From positions 5,775 to 69,774 of the forward strand of contig CACBPV010000002.1 in the NCBI GenBank assembly GCA_902541215.1: a stretch of DNA of 64,000 bases. Direction: 5' to 3'. The position numbers were made by a program, and so were the translations under genes. This document shows positions 54,088 through 62,427 of this stretch, one piece after another. Under the pieces are notes generated by a model. That model was given only the letters and a program-made list of their open reading frames with translations. It had not been told where the DNA came from and searched no databases. The stretch comes from an uncultured Alphaproteobacteria bacterium (GTDB lineage Bacteria > Pseudomonadota > Alphaproteobacteria > HIMB59 > GCA-002718135). How positions within the stretch are numbered: position 1 is the first letter of the stretch; every line of letters begins with the position of its first letter.

Positions 54088-55452
54088 CTAATTTATGTTT
54101 GGAGGAAGATTTCCTTGTAATTTTTGCATTAAATCACTGGGAATTCCTCCTTTGCCCATTGATTTCATTCTCTTCATCATTTTTTGTGATTGGAGAAACT
54201 GTTTTAATAACCTATTAACGTCTTGAACTTTTGTTCCAGATCCTTTTGAAATTCTAATTTTACGTGAAGCCTTTATAATATCTGGATCAGCCCTTTCTTT
54301 TTTTGTCATTGAACTGATTATAGCTATTTGTTTATCAATCATTGAATTAGAAATTTTATTTTCTGCCATTAACTTCTGTGCCTTTGAAACACCTGGCATC
54401 ATAGAAAGTAAACCGGAGACTCCACCCATTTTACCCATTTGCTTTAATTGATTGGCAAAATCTTCAAGATCAAATTTTCCTTTAGCGATCTTTTTTGCCA
54501 TATCTTCCATTTCTTCTTTATCAATATTTTCAGCAGCCTTTTCGACAAGAGATACAATATCTCCCATACCTAAAATTCTTTGTGCAATTCTTTCAGGATG
54601 GAAAGGTTCAAAATTTTCTACTTTTTCACCTAGTCCTATAAATTTTATAGGAGAGTTTGTTATCGATTTAATTGATAGTGCTGCACCACCTCTGCTATCA
54701 CCATCTATTCGAGTTAAAATTGATCCAGTAATATTTATTGCATCACTAAAACTTTTAGCTACATTTGCAGCATCTTGTCCTGTTAGAGCATCTGCTACTA
54801 ATAATGTTTCGTCAGGTTTAAACTTATTTTCAATTTCTATTAATTCACTCATTAACTTTTTATCTACAACTTGTCGTCCAGCAGTATCTAAAATAAGAAT
54901 ATCAAATAAATTTTTTTGAGCATAGTCTATGGAATCATCAACAATCTTACTAGCTGAGGATAGACTGTGATTAAAGAAATCTGAGCCAGTTTCTTCAGCT
55001 AATACTTTTAATTGATGTTGTGCTGCTGGTCGATAAATGTCTGCTGATGCTAGTAAAATTTTTTTCTTTGAAGACTTCTTTAACAAATAGGAAAGTTTGG
55101 CAATGGAAGTTGTTTTCCCAGATCCCTGTAATCCACAAAACAATATTTTAGTTAATTGAGAAGAAGATAAATTTAGAGATTTATTTTCTGATCCAAGAAT
55201 TTTTACAAGTTCATCTTGCACAAGCTTTATGATCATTTGATCTGGCTTAACAGATTTGAGAATTTCTTTTCCTAAAATGTTTGACTTGATAGAATTTATA
55301 AATTCTTTTACTACAACTAAGGAAACATCTGCTTCTAACAGAGCAATTCTAATTTCACGTAATGTAACTTCAAGATCTGTTTCTGATATAACAGCCTTAC
55401 CGCGAATACTTTGAACAATTTTTTCAAATTTTGTGTTCAGTGTATCAAACAT
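54088..55452 (-). CDS. ffh: Signal recognition particle protein Ffh
   Basis: Start chosen at MFDTLNTKFEKIVQSIRGK (ATG 55452), which matches the universal Ffh N-terminus and is preceded by GGAG 4 nt upstream. The track ORF adds 20 aa. It has GLQGSGKTT, DTAGR and a Met-rich M domain. Confidence 0.95.
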   Translation of the reverse strand: MFDTLNTKFEKIVQSIRGKAVISETDLEVTLREIRIALLEADVSLVVVKEFINSIKSNILGKEILKSVKPDQMIIKLVQDELVKILGSENKSLNLSSSQLTKILFCGLQGSGKTTSIAKLSYLLKKSSKKKILLASADIYRPAAQHQLKVLAEETGSDFFNHSLSSASKIVDDSIDYAQKNLFDILILDTAGRQVVDKKLMSELIEIENKFKPDETLLVADALTGQDAANVAKSFSDAINITGSILTRIDGDSRGGAALSIKSITNSPIKFIGLGEKVENFEPFHPERIAQRILGMGDIVSLVEKAAENIDKEEMEDMAKKIAKGKFDLEDFANQLKQMGKMGGVSGLLSMMPGVSKAQKLMAENKISNSMIDKQIAIISSMTKKERADPDIIKASRKIRISKGSGTKVQDVNRLLKQFLQSQKMMKRMKSMGKGGIPSDLMQKLQGNLPPNIN

Positions 55453-55473
55453 AAATCTCCAATAGCCATTTAA

Positions 55474-55502
55474 CTCCAGGGCACGAAACTCGTGGGCTAG
55501 AG
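55474..55502 (-). promoter_or_regulatory. Stem-loop in the ffh 5' leader
   Basis: The minus-strand RNA reads CUCUAG-CC-CACGA-GUU-UCGUG-CC-CUGGAG. That is 6 bp (one G-U) plus 5 bp, around a symmetric CC/CC internal loop. On the + strand the G-U becomes a C-A mismatch, which favours the ffh-sense strand. It ends 14 nt upstream of the GGAG. Confidence 0.45.
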
Positions 55503-55649
55503 TACCTATCACAATTGTAACAAGCTAAATTCGTTTACAAATATAGGATTTATTTGTGACCCTCTATTAGCTGAATAATTGAAAGTCAAGTATTCTTAAA
55601 TTTCCCATATTTACTGAGATTTATCGATAAATTAGGTTATAAAACAAAT

Positions 55650-56468
55650 ATGCAAAAAGTAGACTTTATAAAGATGCATGGACTTGGGAACGATTTTGTT
55701 ATCATAGATAAAAGGTCTAACAATATCCCAATTACTGAAGATATTATTAAAAGACTGAGTGACAGAAGAACTGGGGCAGGGTGTGATCAATTAATCACAA
55801 TTAATAATACAAGTAATCAAATTGCTGATGCTGAAATTGAAATTTTTAATCCTGGTGGTGATAGAGCTGAAGCTTGTGGTAATGGAACACGCTGCGTGGC
55901 AAAAATACTATTTGAAGAAGATTCAGATAAAGAAATTTTAAAAATTCAATCTGATGCAGGTATATTAGAATCAAAAAAAATAGATAATAATATAAGTGTC
56001 AACATGGGTTCAATAAGAAATACTTGGGATAAAATTCCTTTAAGTAAAGAAGTCGATACAATGAATATACCAATTTCAATTGATGGATATAGTAATGGCG
56101 TTGCTGTTAATGTAGGTAATCCACATGTAGTTTTTTTTGGAAAATTGATCAAAGATACAGATCTTGAAAGTATAGGTCCTAGAATAGAAAATCATGAGCT
56201 CTTTCCAAAAAAAACTAATGTTGAAATAGTTGAAGTTATTAATTCAAATTTAATTCTAATGAGGGTTTGGGAACGTGGAGTTGGAATTACGTTAGCTTGT
56301 GGTAGTGGTGCCTGTGCCGCTGTATATGCGGCGTGGAAAAAAGGATTGATTGAAAATAACGCCGAAGTGAAACTTGAAAAAGGATCACTGCATATAAATA
56401 TAGTTAATGATGAAGCTATTATGACAGGGCCTGCAGAAATAAGTTATCGGGGTAGTTTAGAAATATAA
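55650..56468 (+). CDS. dapF: Diaminopimelate epimerase
   Basis: 272 aa with HGLGNDFV and the two catalytic Cys blocks ACGNGTRC and ACGSGACA. Confidence 0.96.
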   Translation: MQKVDFIKMHGLGNDFVIIDKRSNNIPITEDIIKRLSDRRTGAGCDQLITINNTSNQIADAEIEIFNPGGDRAEACGNGTRCVAKILFEEDSDKEILKIQSDAGILESKKIDNNISVNMGSIRNTWDKIPLSKEVDTMNIPISIDGYSNGVAVNVGNPHVVFFGKLIKDTDLESIGPRIENHELFPKKTNVEIVEVINSNLILMRVWERGVGITLACGSGACAAVYAAWKKGLIENNAEVKLEKGSLHINIVNDEAIMTGPAEISYRGSLEI

Positions 56469-56471
56469 TTT

Positions 56472-57731
56472 ATGAAAAATAAAAACTACGTAGTCAATCT
56501 GGGTTGTAGATTAAATATTTATGAAGGTGAAATTATTAAAAACCATCTTAAAACAAATAATTTAAATAATGTTACAGTCATAAACTCATGTGCAGTAACT
56601 GAAGAAGCTGAGAAAAAAGTTTCTTATGAAATTAGAAAGGCAAAAAAAAAATTTCCTAATAATAAAATAGTAGTTACAGGATGTGCAGCTCAAATTAATC
56701 CATTAAAATATAAAGATTTAAAAGAAGTAGACTCGGTAATTGGGAACACAGAAAAATTAGAAACATTAAAGTGGAAAAATATCGATCAGTCTAAAAGTTT
56801 TAAAGTAGGTAATATATTAGAAGAAAGTAAAACAGTACCTAATTCAATTGAAAAATTTGAAGGAAAATCAAGAGCTTATATTGAAATACAACAGGGTTGT
56901 AACCATCGCTGTACTTTTTGTATCATTCCATTTGGCAGAGGCAATAATAGAAGTGTACCTGCTGGAGAAATAGTAAATAAAATAAAAAAAATTGTTAGCA
57001 ATGGATATAATGAAGTAGTCTTAACAGGAGTAGATATAACTGATTATGGAAAAGATCTTCCTGCAAAACCTACTTTTTCTAACTTAATTAAAAGAATTCT
57101 AAATTTAGTACCTGAATTAAAACAACTGCGTTTGTCTTCAATTGACTGCGCTGAAATAGACAAAGATTTTTGGGATGTTTTAAAGGACAAAAGATTGATG
57201 CCTCATTTTCATATAAGTTTGCAGTCTGGAAACAATTTAATTTTGAAAAGAATGAAAAGAAGACATTCAAGGGAAATGGCAATTAATTTTTGTAAAAAAG
57301 TTTTATCCATTAGGAAAGATGCAACATTTGGTGCTGATATAATTGCCGGTTTTCCAACAGAGACAGAAACAATGTTTCAAGATTCAATTAAACTAGTTGA
57401 TGAGTGTAATTTAACTCATCTTCATATTTTTCCATATTCACCAAGAGAAAAAACTCCTGCATCTAGAATGCCTCAAGTTCAAAAAAATATTATCAAAGAT
57501 AGAGCAAGAAGACTTAGAGAAAAAGGTATGGAAAAATTAAAACAACATTTAAAAAAAAATATTGGAAAGAAGGAACAAATTTTAATTGAAAGTAGAAAAG
57601 AAAATTTTTCACTTGGAAAAGATCAGCATTTTTTAAAAGTAAAACTTGAAGAAGAGTTTAAAGAGGGAAATTTAATTTCATGTGTATACACAGGCGTAGA
57701 AAATGATACGTTATTAGCAAGAATAGCATGA
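56472..57731 (+). CDS. mtaB: tRNA methylthiotransferase, MtaB-like (radical SAM)
   Basis: 419 aa with an N-terminal UPF0004 domain (VNLGCRLNIYEGE), the radical-SAM motif GCNHRCTFCIIP and a C-terminal TRAM-like region. Confidence 0.88.
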   Translation: MKNKNYVVNLGCRLNIYEGEIIKNHLKTNNLNNVTVINSCAVTEEAEKKVSYEIRKAKKKFPNNKIVVTGCAAQINPLKYKDLKEVDSVIGNTEKLETLKWKNIDQSKSFKVGNILEESKTVPNSIEKFEGKSRAYIEIQQGCNHRCTFCIIPFGRGNNRSVPAGEIVNKIKKIVSNGYNEVVLTGVDITDYGKDLPAKPTFSNLIKRILNLVPELKQLRLSSIDCAEIDKDFWDVLKDKRLMPHFHISLQSGNNLILKRMKRRHSREMAINFCKKVLSIRKDATFGADIIAGFPTETETMFQDSIKLVDECNLTHLHIFPYSPREKTPASRMPQVQKNIIKDRARRLREKGMEKLKQHLKKNIGKKEQILIESRKENFSLGKDQHFLKVKLEEEFKEGNLISCVYTGVENDTLLARIA

Positions 57732-58648
57732 GTTTGTTCTCAATATTTAAAGATAAGTTAAGTAAAACTTCAAATATACTTTCTTTTAATATTGTAGAGA
57801 TTTTAAAAAACAAAAAAATAGACGATTTAACTTTAGAAGAATTAGAAAATGTTCTTATATCATCTGATATTAGTTTGGATGTTGTAAATCAGCTAATAGA
57901 TTCAATAAAAAAAATAAAAATTTCAAATAATGATGGAATAAAAAATGTACTAGAAATCTTAGCCCAAAATATAGAAAGTATATTACTTCCAAGAGAACAT
58001 GTTCTGATAAATGAAAAAAATGATGAAAAAAAAATATTAATTTTTGTTGGGGTAAACGGAAGTGGAAAGACAACCACTATTGGTAAAATTGCAAATAAAA
58101 TTTTATCAAATAAAAAAATTCTGATTGCGGGTTGTGATACATTTAGGGCAGCAGCTGTTGAGCAGTTAGAAAATTGGGCGAAAAAAAACAATAATGGTTT
58201 TATTGCTGGAAAAAGTAATCAAGATCCAGCAAGCGTAGCGTATCAGGCAACTGAAGAATTTGGAAAAGAAAATTATGATTTTTTACTTATAGATACTGCT
58301 GGAAGATTATCAAATAATACTAATCTCGTTAATCAGCTAATTAAATTGAAGAATGTTATCTCAAAAGTTAATTCCTCTTTTAATATTGAAACTGTGTTAG
58401 TTTTAGATGGAACGAATGGTTCGAACATGATTAAGCAAGTCGAAATCTTTGGAAATGAACTTAATGTATCAAGTCTTATAATAACTAAATTGGATGGAAC
58501 AGCAAAAGGCGGAGCATTAATTTCAATTGCAAATAAATTTGAAATCCCTATAAGTTATGTTGGTCTTGGAGAAAGTATTGAGGACCTTGTAACCTTTAAT
58601 TCTCAAAACTTTGCTAGGTCTATTTTAAATCTAGAAGAACAAAAATGA
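57728..58648 (+). CDS. ftsY: SRP receptor FtsY (NG domain, essentially no acidic A domain)
   Basis: 306 aa with GVNGSGKTTT, DTAGR and TKLDGTAKGG. It overlaps mtaB by 4 nt. Confidence 0.95.
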   Translation: MSLFSIFKDKLSKTSNILSFNIVEILKNKKIDDLTLEELENVLISSDISLDVVNQLIDSIKKIKISNNDGIKNVLEILAQNIESILLPREHVLINEKNDEKKILIFVGVNGSGKTTTIGKIANKILSNKKILIAGCDTFRAAAVEQLENWAKKNNNGFIAGKSNQDPASVAYQATEEFGKENYDFLLIDTAGRLSNNTNLVNQLIKLKNVISKVNSSFNIETVLVLDGTNGSNMIKQVEIFGNELNVSSLIITKLDGTAKGGALISIANKFEIPISYVGLGESIEDLVTFNSQNFARSILNLEEQK

Positions 58649-59184
58649 AGTCAGTTTATAAATTATTAATTGATATAGGACCGCTTGCAGTATTCTTTAT
58701 TTTTTATACAAGAAGTGGTCTTCAAGAAGCAATACTTCCTCTTATGATTGCAACTGTAATTTCAGTAATAATTTCATATATACTTGAGAAAAAAATACCA
58801 ATTATGCCAACTCTTGGGGCTGCGATTGTATTAATATTTGGAGGTCTAACAATTTATTTTGACAATGAAATTTTTATTAAAATGAAACCAACAATAATAA
58901 ATATGGTATTTGCATTAATTTTATATGGAGGGGTGATTGTTAAAAAACCTCTTTTAAAGTATCTTTTAGGTGCTGCACTTAAACTAGAAGAAGATGGATG
59001 GAGAATATTAACTCAAAGGTGGATTGCTTTTTTTGTTGCACTTGCTGTTTTAAATGAAATTGTTTGGAGAACACAAAGTACTGATGTTTGGGTAAATTTT
59101 AAAGTTTTTGGTATCTTGCCAATTACGTTTATTTTTACGATGACACAATTCCCTTTAATTAAAAAATATCAAATTGAAGATTAA
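58645..59184 (+). CDS. yciB: Intracellular septation protein A (YciB/IspZ)
   Basis: 179 aa with five hydrophobic helices and an N-terminus (LLIDIGPLAVFFIFY) typical of YciB. It overlaps ftsY by 4 nt. Confidence 0.85.
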   Translation: MKSVYKLLIDIGPLAVFFIFYTRSGLQEAILPLMIATVISVIISYILEKKIPIMPTLGAAIVLIFGGLTIYFDNEIFIKMKPTIINMVFALILYGGVIVKKPLLKYLLGAALKLEEDGWRILTQRWIAFFVALAVLNEIVWRTQSTDVWVNFKVFGILPITFIFTMTQFPLIKKYQIED

Positions 59185-59185
59185 G

Positions 59186-60382
59186 TTAAAAATTGTTTTC
59201 TCTTAATGCTATAAATCCTGGTGATTTATTTCCCTCAAGCCACTCTAAAAATGCACCACCAGCTGTAGATAAATATTTAAATGCATCATTGGCTTTAGCT
59301 TTTTTTATTGCTGCAAGTGTATCTCCTCCTCCTGCTAGAGCATCTAATTGAGATTTACTTGAATAATTTTGTATAATATTTGCAACTGAAATTGTACTTT
59401 TATCAAATGGACTATACTCAAATGCGCCTAAAGGGCCATTCCATAAAATTGATTTTGATTTTAATATTTCATCTGAAATTAGTTTTGTTGTTTGTTCACC
59501 AACATCTAATATCATTTGGTCATTTGGAATATTATTGATTGAATAAGTCTTAACATTTAATCTATCTTCTATTGTTTTTGAGCAAACAGCATCAATTGGT
59601 AAAAGTATTTTGCAATTTTTTGATTCTGCTTTTGTTTGTATTTTTTTTGATAGTTCAATAAAATCATTTTCTACCAGAGAAGATCCAACGTTATAATTAT
59701 TTGATAGCAAAAAGGTATTAGCCATTGCACCACCAATTACCAGAGAATCAAAAATCTCAACTAAATTTTCTAAAACTTTTATTTTTGTTGAGACCTTTGA
59801 ACCACCTATTATTGCTAGATTTGGTTTGTTTGAATTTTCTAAAAATTTACCTAAATTTTCAATTTCTTTTGAAAAACTTAATCCTGCGTAAGAAGGTAAG
59901 TATTTAGAAATACCTGTTATAGATGCATGATTACGATGAGATGCAGAAAAGGCGTCATTAATATATATTTCAAAACTAGAAGCTAATAATTTTGAAAAAT
60001 TAAGATCATTTTTTTCTTCTTCAGAATTAAAACGTATATTTTCTAATAGACAAATTTCCCCCCATTCCATTTTAGCAATTTTTGTCTCAATAATTTTTTT
60101 TTCATAGTTAGCTAAAAAATGAATTGTGTTTAGATTTAAAAATTTTTTTAATTCTGAGCATAAAAACTCAATAGAAAATTTTTTATTGACTTCACCTTTA
60201 GGTCGACCAAAATGAGCAACTAAGAATACCTTATTTTTATTGTTAATTAGTTTTTCTAGTGTTGGTAAAATAGCAACAATTCTTGAATGATCTGTAATTG
60301 CCCCTTCTAAAACTGGAACATTTAAATCAACTCGAACAATTATTTTTTTATTTGTACAGTTTAGATCTCTTAATTGTTTCAT
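59186..60382 (-). CDS. pgk: Phosphoglycerate kinase
   Basis: 398 aa with RVDLNVP and GGGDT blocks. Confidence 0.96.
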   Translation of the reverse strand: MKQLRDLNCTNKKIIVRVDLNVPVLEGAITDHSRIVAILPTLEKLINNKNKVFLVAHFGRPKGEVNKKFSIEFLCSELKKFLNLNTIHFLANYEKKIIETKIAKMEWGEICLLENIRFNSEEEKNDLNFSKLLASSFEIYINDAFSASHRNHASITGISKYLPSYAGLSFSKEIENLGKFLENSNKPNLAIIGGSKVSTKIKVLENLVEIFDSLVIGGAMANTFLLSNNYNVGSSLVENDFIELSKKIQTKAESKNCKILLPIDAVCSKTIEDRLNVKTYSINNIPNDQMILDVGEQTTKLISDEILKSKSILWNGPLGAFEYSPFDKSTISVANIIQNYSSKSQLDALAGGGDTLAAIKKAKANDAFKYLSTAGGAFLEWLEGNKSPGFIALRENNF

Positions 60383-60520
60383 TTCTATTCACATGTATAT
60401 AAAAAAAATGCTGGAAATCATTGATTTTTTTTAAAAATTTGCAGTTTTATCTTTTTTAATACATATATTTAGTATATTAAACCTTTTTTAAGCTACTAAA
60501 TGTAGTAATGGAGATTAATA

Positions 60521-60991
60521 ATGCCTTGGGATGATAATAATGTAGCAAAACTTAGAGATTTGTGGGACCAAGGTCTACCTACAGCACAAATTGGTAAATT
60601 ACTAGGCTTCACAAAAAACGCAGTTGTTGGAAAGGCTCATAGAATTGGACTCGAAAGAAGACCATCACCTATAAGAAGAACAGCTGTTAAGCCTGATCGA
60701 AAGAAAGCTAGATCACCAGTAATGCCAAAATTAAATTTTGAAAGCACTAAGGAGCCAGAGAATGTTTCTACAGAGCCTGCTGTTTTCCAACCGTTAGTTA
60801 AAAATTTATTCAACACGGCTCCAAAGAGAGGTTGTGAATGGCCTGAGGGTCATCCTGATGAAGCTGACTTTCGTTTTTGTGGTAAAGATAGATTTGAAGA
60901 TAAACCTTATTGCTTAGATCATTGTGCTGTTGCATATGTTGTCCCTGAAAAAGAAGAAAATGAAAAGACAGAATTAAATAATACGATTTAA
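60521..60991 (+). CDS. gcrA: GcrA-family cell-cycle regulator
   Basis: 156 aa. MPWDDNNVAKLRDLWDQGLPTAQIGKLLGFTKNAVVGKAHRIGL plus the C-terminal CEWPEGHP...FRFCG...KPYCLDHCAVAY block follow the GcrA pattern. GGAG lies 9 nt upstream of the ATG. Confidence 0.9.
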   Translation: MPWDDNNVAKLRDLWDQGLPTAQIGKLLGFTKNAVVGKAHRIGLERRPSPIRRTAVKPDRKKARSPVMPKLNFESTKEPENVSTEPAVFQPLVKNLFNTAPKRGCEWPEGHPDEADFRFCGKDRFEDKPYCLDHCAVAYVVPEKEENEKTELNNTI

Positions 60992-61041
60992 TAACAATAA
61001 AAATTCTAGAAATAAATAATCAACCTGTTATCTATTAAAAA

Positions 61042-62295
61042 ATGAAAGATAAGAGAGTTAACTCTGTATTTACTCCTATTCTAATTGGAGGAAGTTTAAT
61101 TCTTTTAATAAGTTTTGCAGTCCGTTCAACGTTTGGTCTATTCCAAATACCTATTGCGTCTGATTTTTTATGGAACCGTTCAGAATTTTCTCTTGCCATT
61201 GCCATTCAAAATTTAGCTTGGGGTATAGGCACTCCACTATTTAGTGCTTTTGCCGAAAAATATGGTGACAGAAAAGCAATAGGGCTAGGTTTAATTCTTT
61301 ATGCAATTGGAATATTCATAAGTAGTACTGCAACAACTCCAGAAGCTCATCAAACTTTGAACTTATTAATTGGTTTTGGGATAGCTGGTAGCGGGTTTGG
61401 TCCAATTTTAGCTGTAGTCGGAAGAGCTACATCTCAAGAAAAAAGGTCTTTAGCACTAGGTATTACAACTGCTGCAGGATCAGCGGGTCAAGTAATTGGT
61501 CCACCGCTGGCTTCTATTCTATTATCTTTTTTACCTTGGTCTTCAGTGTTTGAAATCTTTTCAATTATATTATTAATAACACTGATTCTTGTTCCAATTT
61601 TAAAAACAGAATTATCAAATACTAATATTAATAATGAAAATGAAAAAATTACTGATGCCGTATTTGTTGCATTAAAAGACCCAACGTATTCAATGTTGTT
61701 CTTTGGTTTTTTTTCTTGCGGCTTTCAGTTAGCATTTATCACCGCACATTTTCCTGCATTTATTGTTGAATCTAGTAGTCCAATTATAGAAGGAAGCTTA
61801 ATAAGCTTAGTCTGTAATTCTGTAGAAGGTTTAGGGGCATTATCTATGGCTCTTATAGGATTATTTAACATAATTGGTTGTTTGATTGCTGGAGCCTTAG
61901 GAAAAGGACACTACAAGAAATATCTTTTATCTTTAATTTATACTGGAAGAACTGTTGCAGCAATTTTATTTATTTTACTTCCTATTACACCAACTTCTAT
62001 TGCTTTATTTTCAATAGTTATGGGTGCTTTATGGTTAGCAACAGTTCCTTTAACTTCAGGAATTATAGGACATATTTATGGATTAAAATTTATGGGTACA
62101 TTGTATGGTATTGTATTTTTTTCTCATCAGCTAGGATCTTTTGTAGGTGTTTGGTTAGGTGGTCTATTTTATGATATATATGGAAGTTATGATATTGTAT
62201 GGTGGGTTGGTATAGGAGTTGGTGCCTTTTCTGCAATAATCCATTTACCAATTAGAGAAAAACCATTATCTAATACAAATATACAAACTGCGTAA
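61042..62295 (+). CDS. MFS transporter, substrate unknown
   Basis: 417 aa with about 12 TM segments in an MFS_1-like arrangement. Confidence 0.8.
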   Translation: MKDKRVNSVFTPILIGGSLILLISFAVRSTFGLFQIPIASDFLWNRSEFSLAIAIQNLAWGIGTPLFSAFAEKYGDRKAIGLGLILYAIGIFISSTATTPEAHQTLNLLIGFGIAGSGFGPILAVVGRATSQEKRSLALGITTAAGSAGQVIGPPLASILLSFLPWSSVFEIFSIILLITLILVPILKTELSNTNINNENEKITDAVFVALKDPTYSMLFFGFFSCGFQLAFITAHFPAFIVESSSPIIEGSLISLVCNSVEGLGALSMALIGLFNIIGCLIAGALGKGHYKKYLLSLIYTGRTVAAILFILLPITPTSIALFSIVMGALWLATVPLTSGIIGHIYGLKFMGTLYGIVFFSHQLGSFVGVWLGGLFYDIYGSYDIVWWVGIGVGAFSAIIHLPIREKPLSNTNIQTA

Positions 62296-62299
62296 TTTT

Positions 62300-62422
62300 A
62301 TGGATGAAAAAAAGATTATACGAAACTTAATTATAGTAATTTTTTTCTTAGTTATTATTTATTCATTAGCTAGAGTTGGCGTAGGTTTAGATCTTAGCTT
62401 TGGACCTTATTTAAAACAATAG
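62300..62422 (+). CDS. Candidate 40-aa single-pass membrane peptide, not in the ORF track
   Basis: My translation is MDEKKIIRNLIIVIFFLVIIYSLARVGVGLDLSFGPYLKQ. It has a charged N-terminus and one clear TM helix. It starts 4 nt after the MFS stop and fills the gap before the convergent aminopeptidase gene. Confidence 0.4.
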   Translation: MDEKKIIRNLIIVIFFLVIIYSLARVGVGLDLSFGPYLKQ

Positions 62423-62427
62423 TAGAA

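Noticed and set aside
50573-54919. Track ORFs 50573-51199(+), 51798-52022(+), 52861-53073(+), 54027-54218(+) and 54452-54919(+)
   Set aside because: They are antisense to leuC, rplS, trmD, rpsP/ffh and ffh. The S/A-rich 51798-52022 frame is simply the complement of the E/A/K tail codons.
60383-60520. GANTC (CcrM) methylation sites in the gcrA promoter region
   Set aside because: I scanned the spacer by eye and found none. The nearest look-alike, GAAATC, has the wrong spacing.
61878-62174. Track ORF 61878-62174(+), 98 aa
   Set aside because: It is an alternative frame inside the MFS transporter gene. The main frame has a coherent 12-TM pattern and this one does not.
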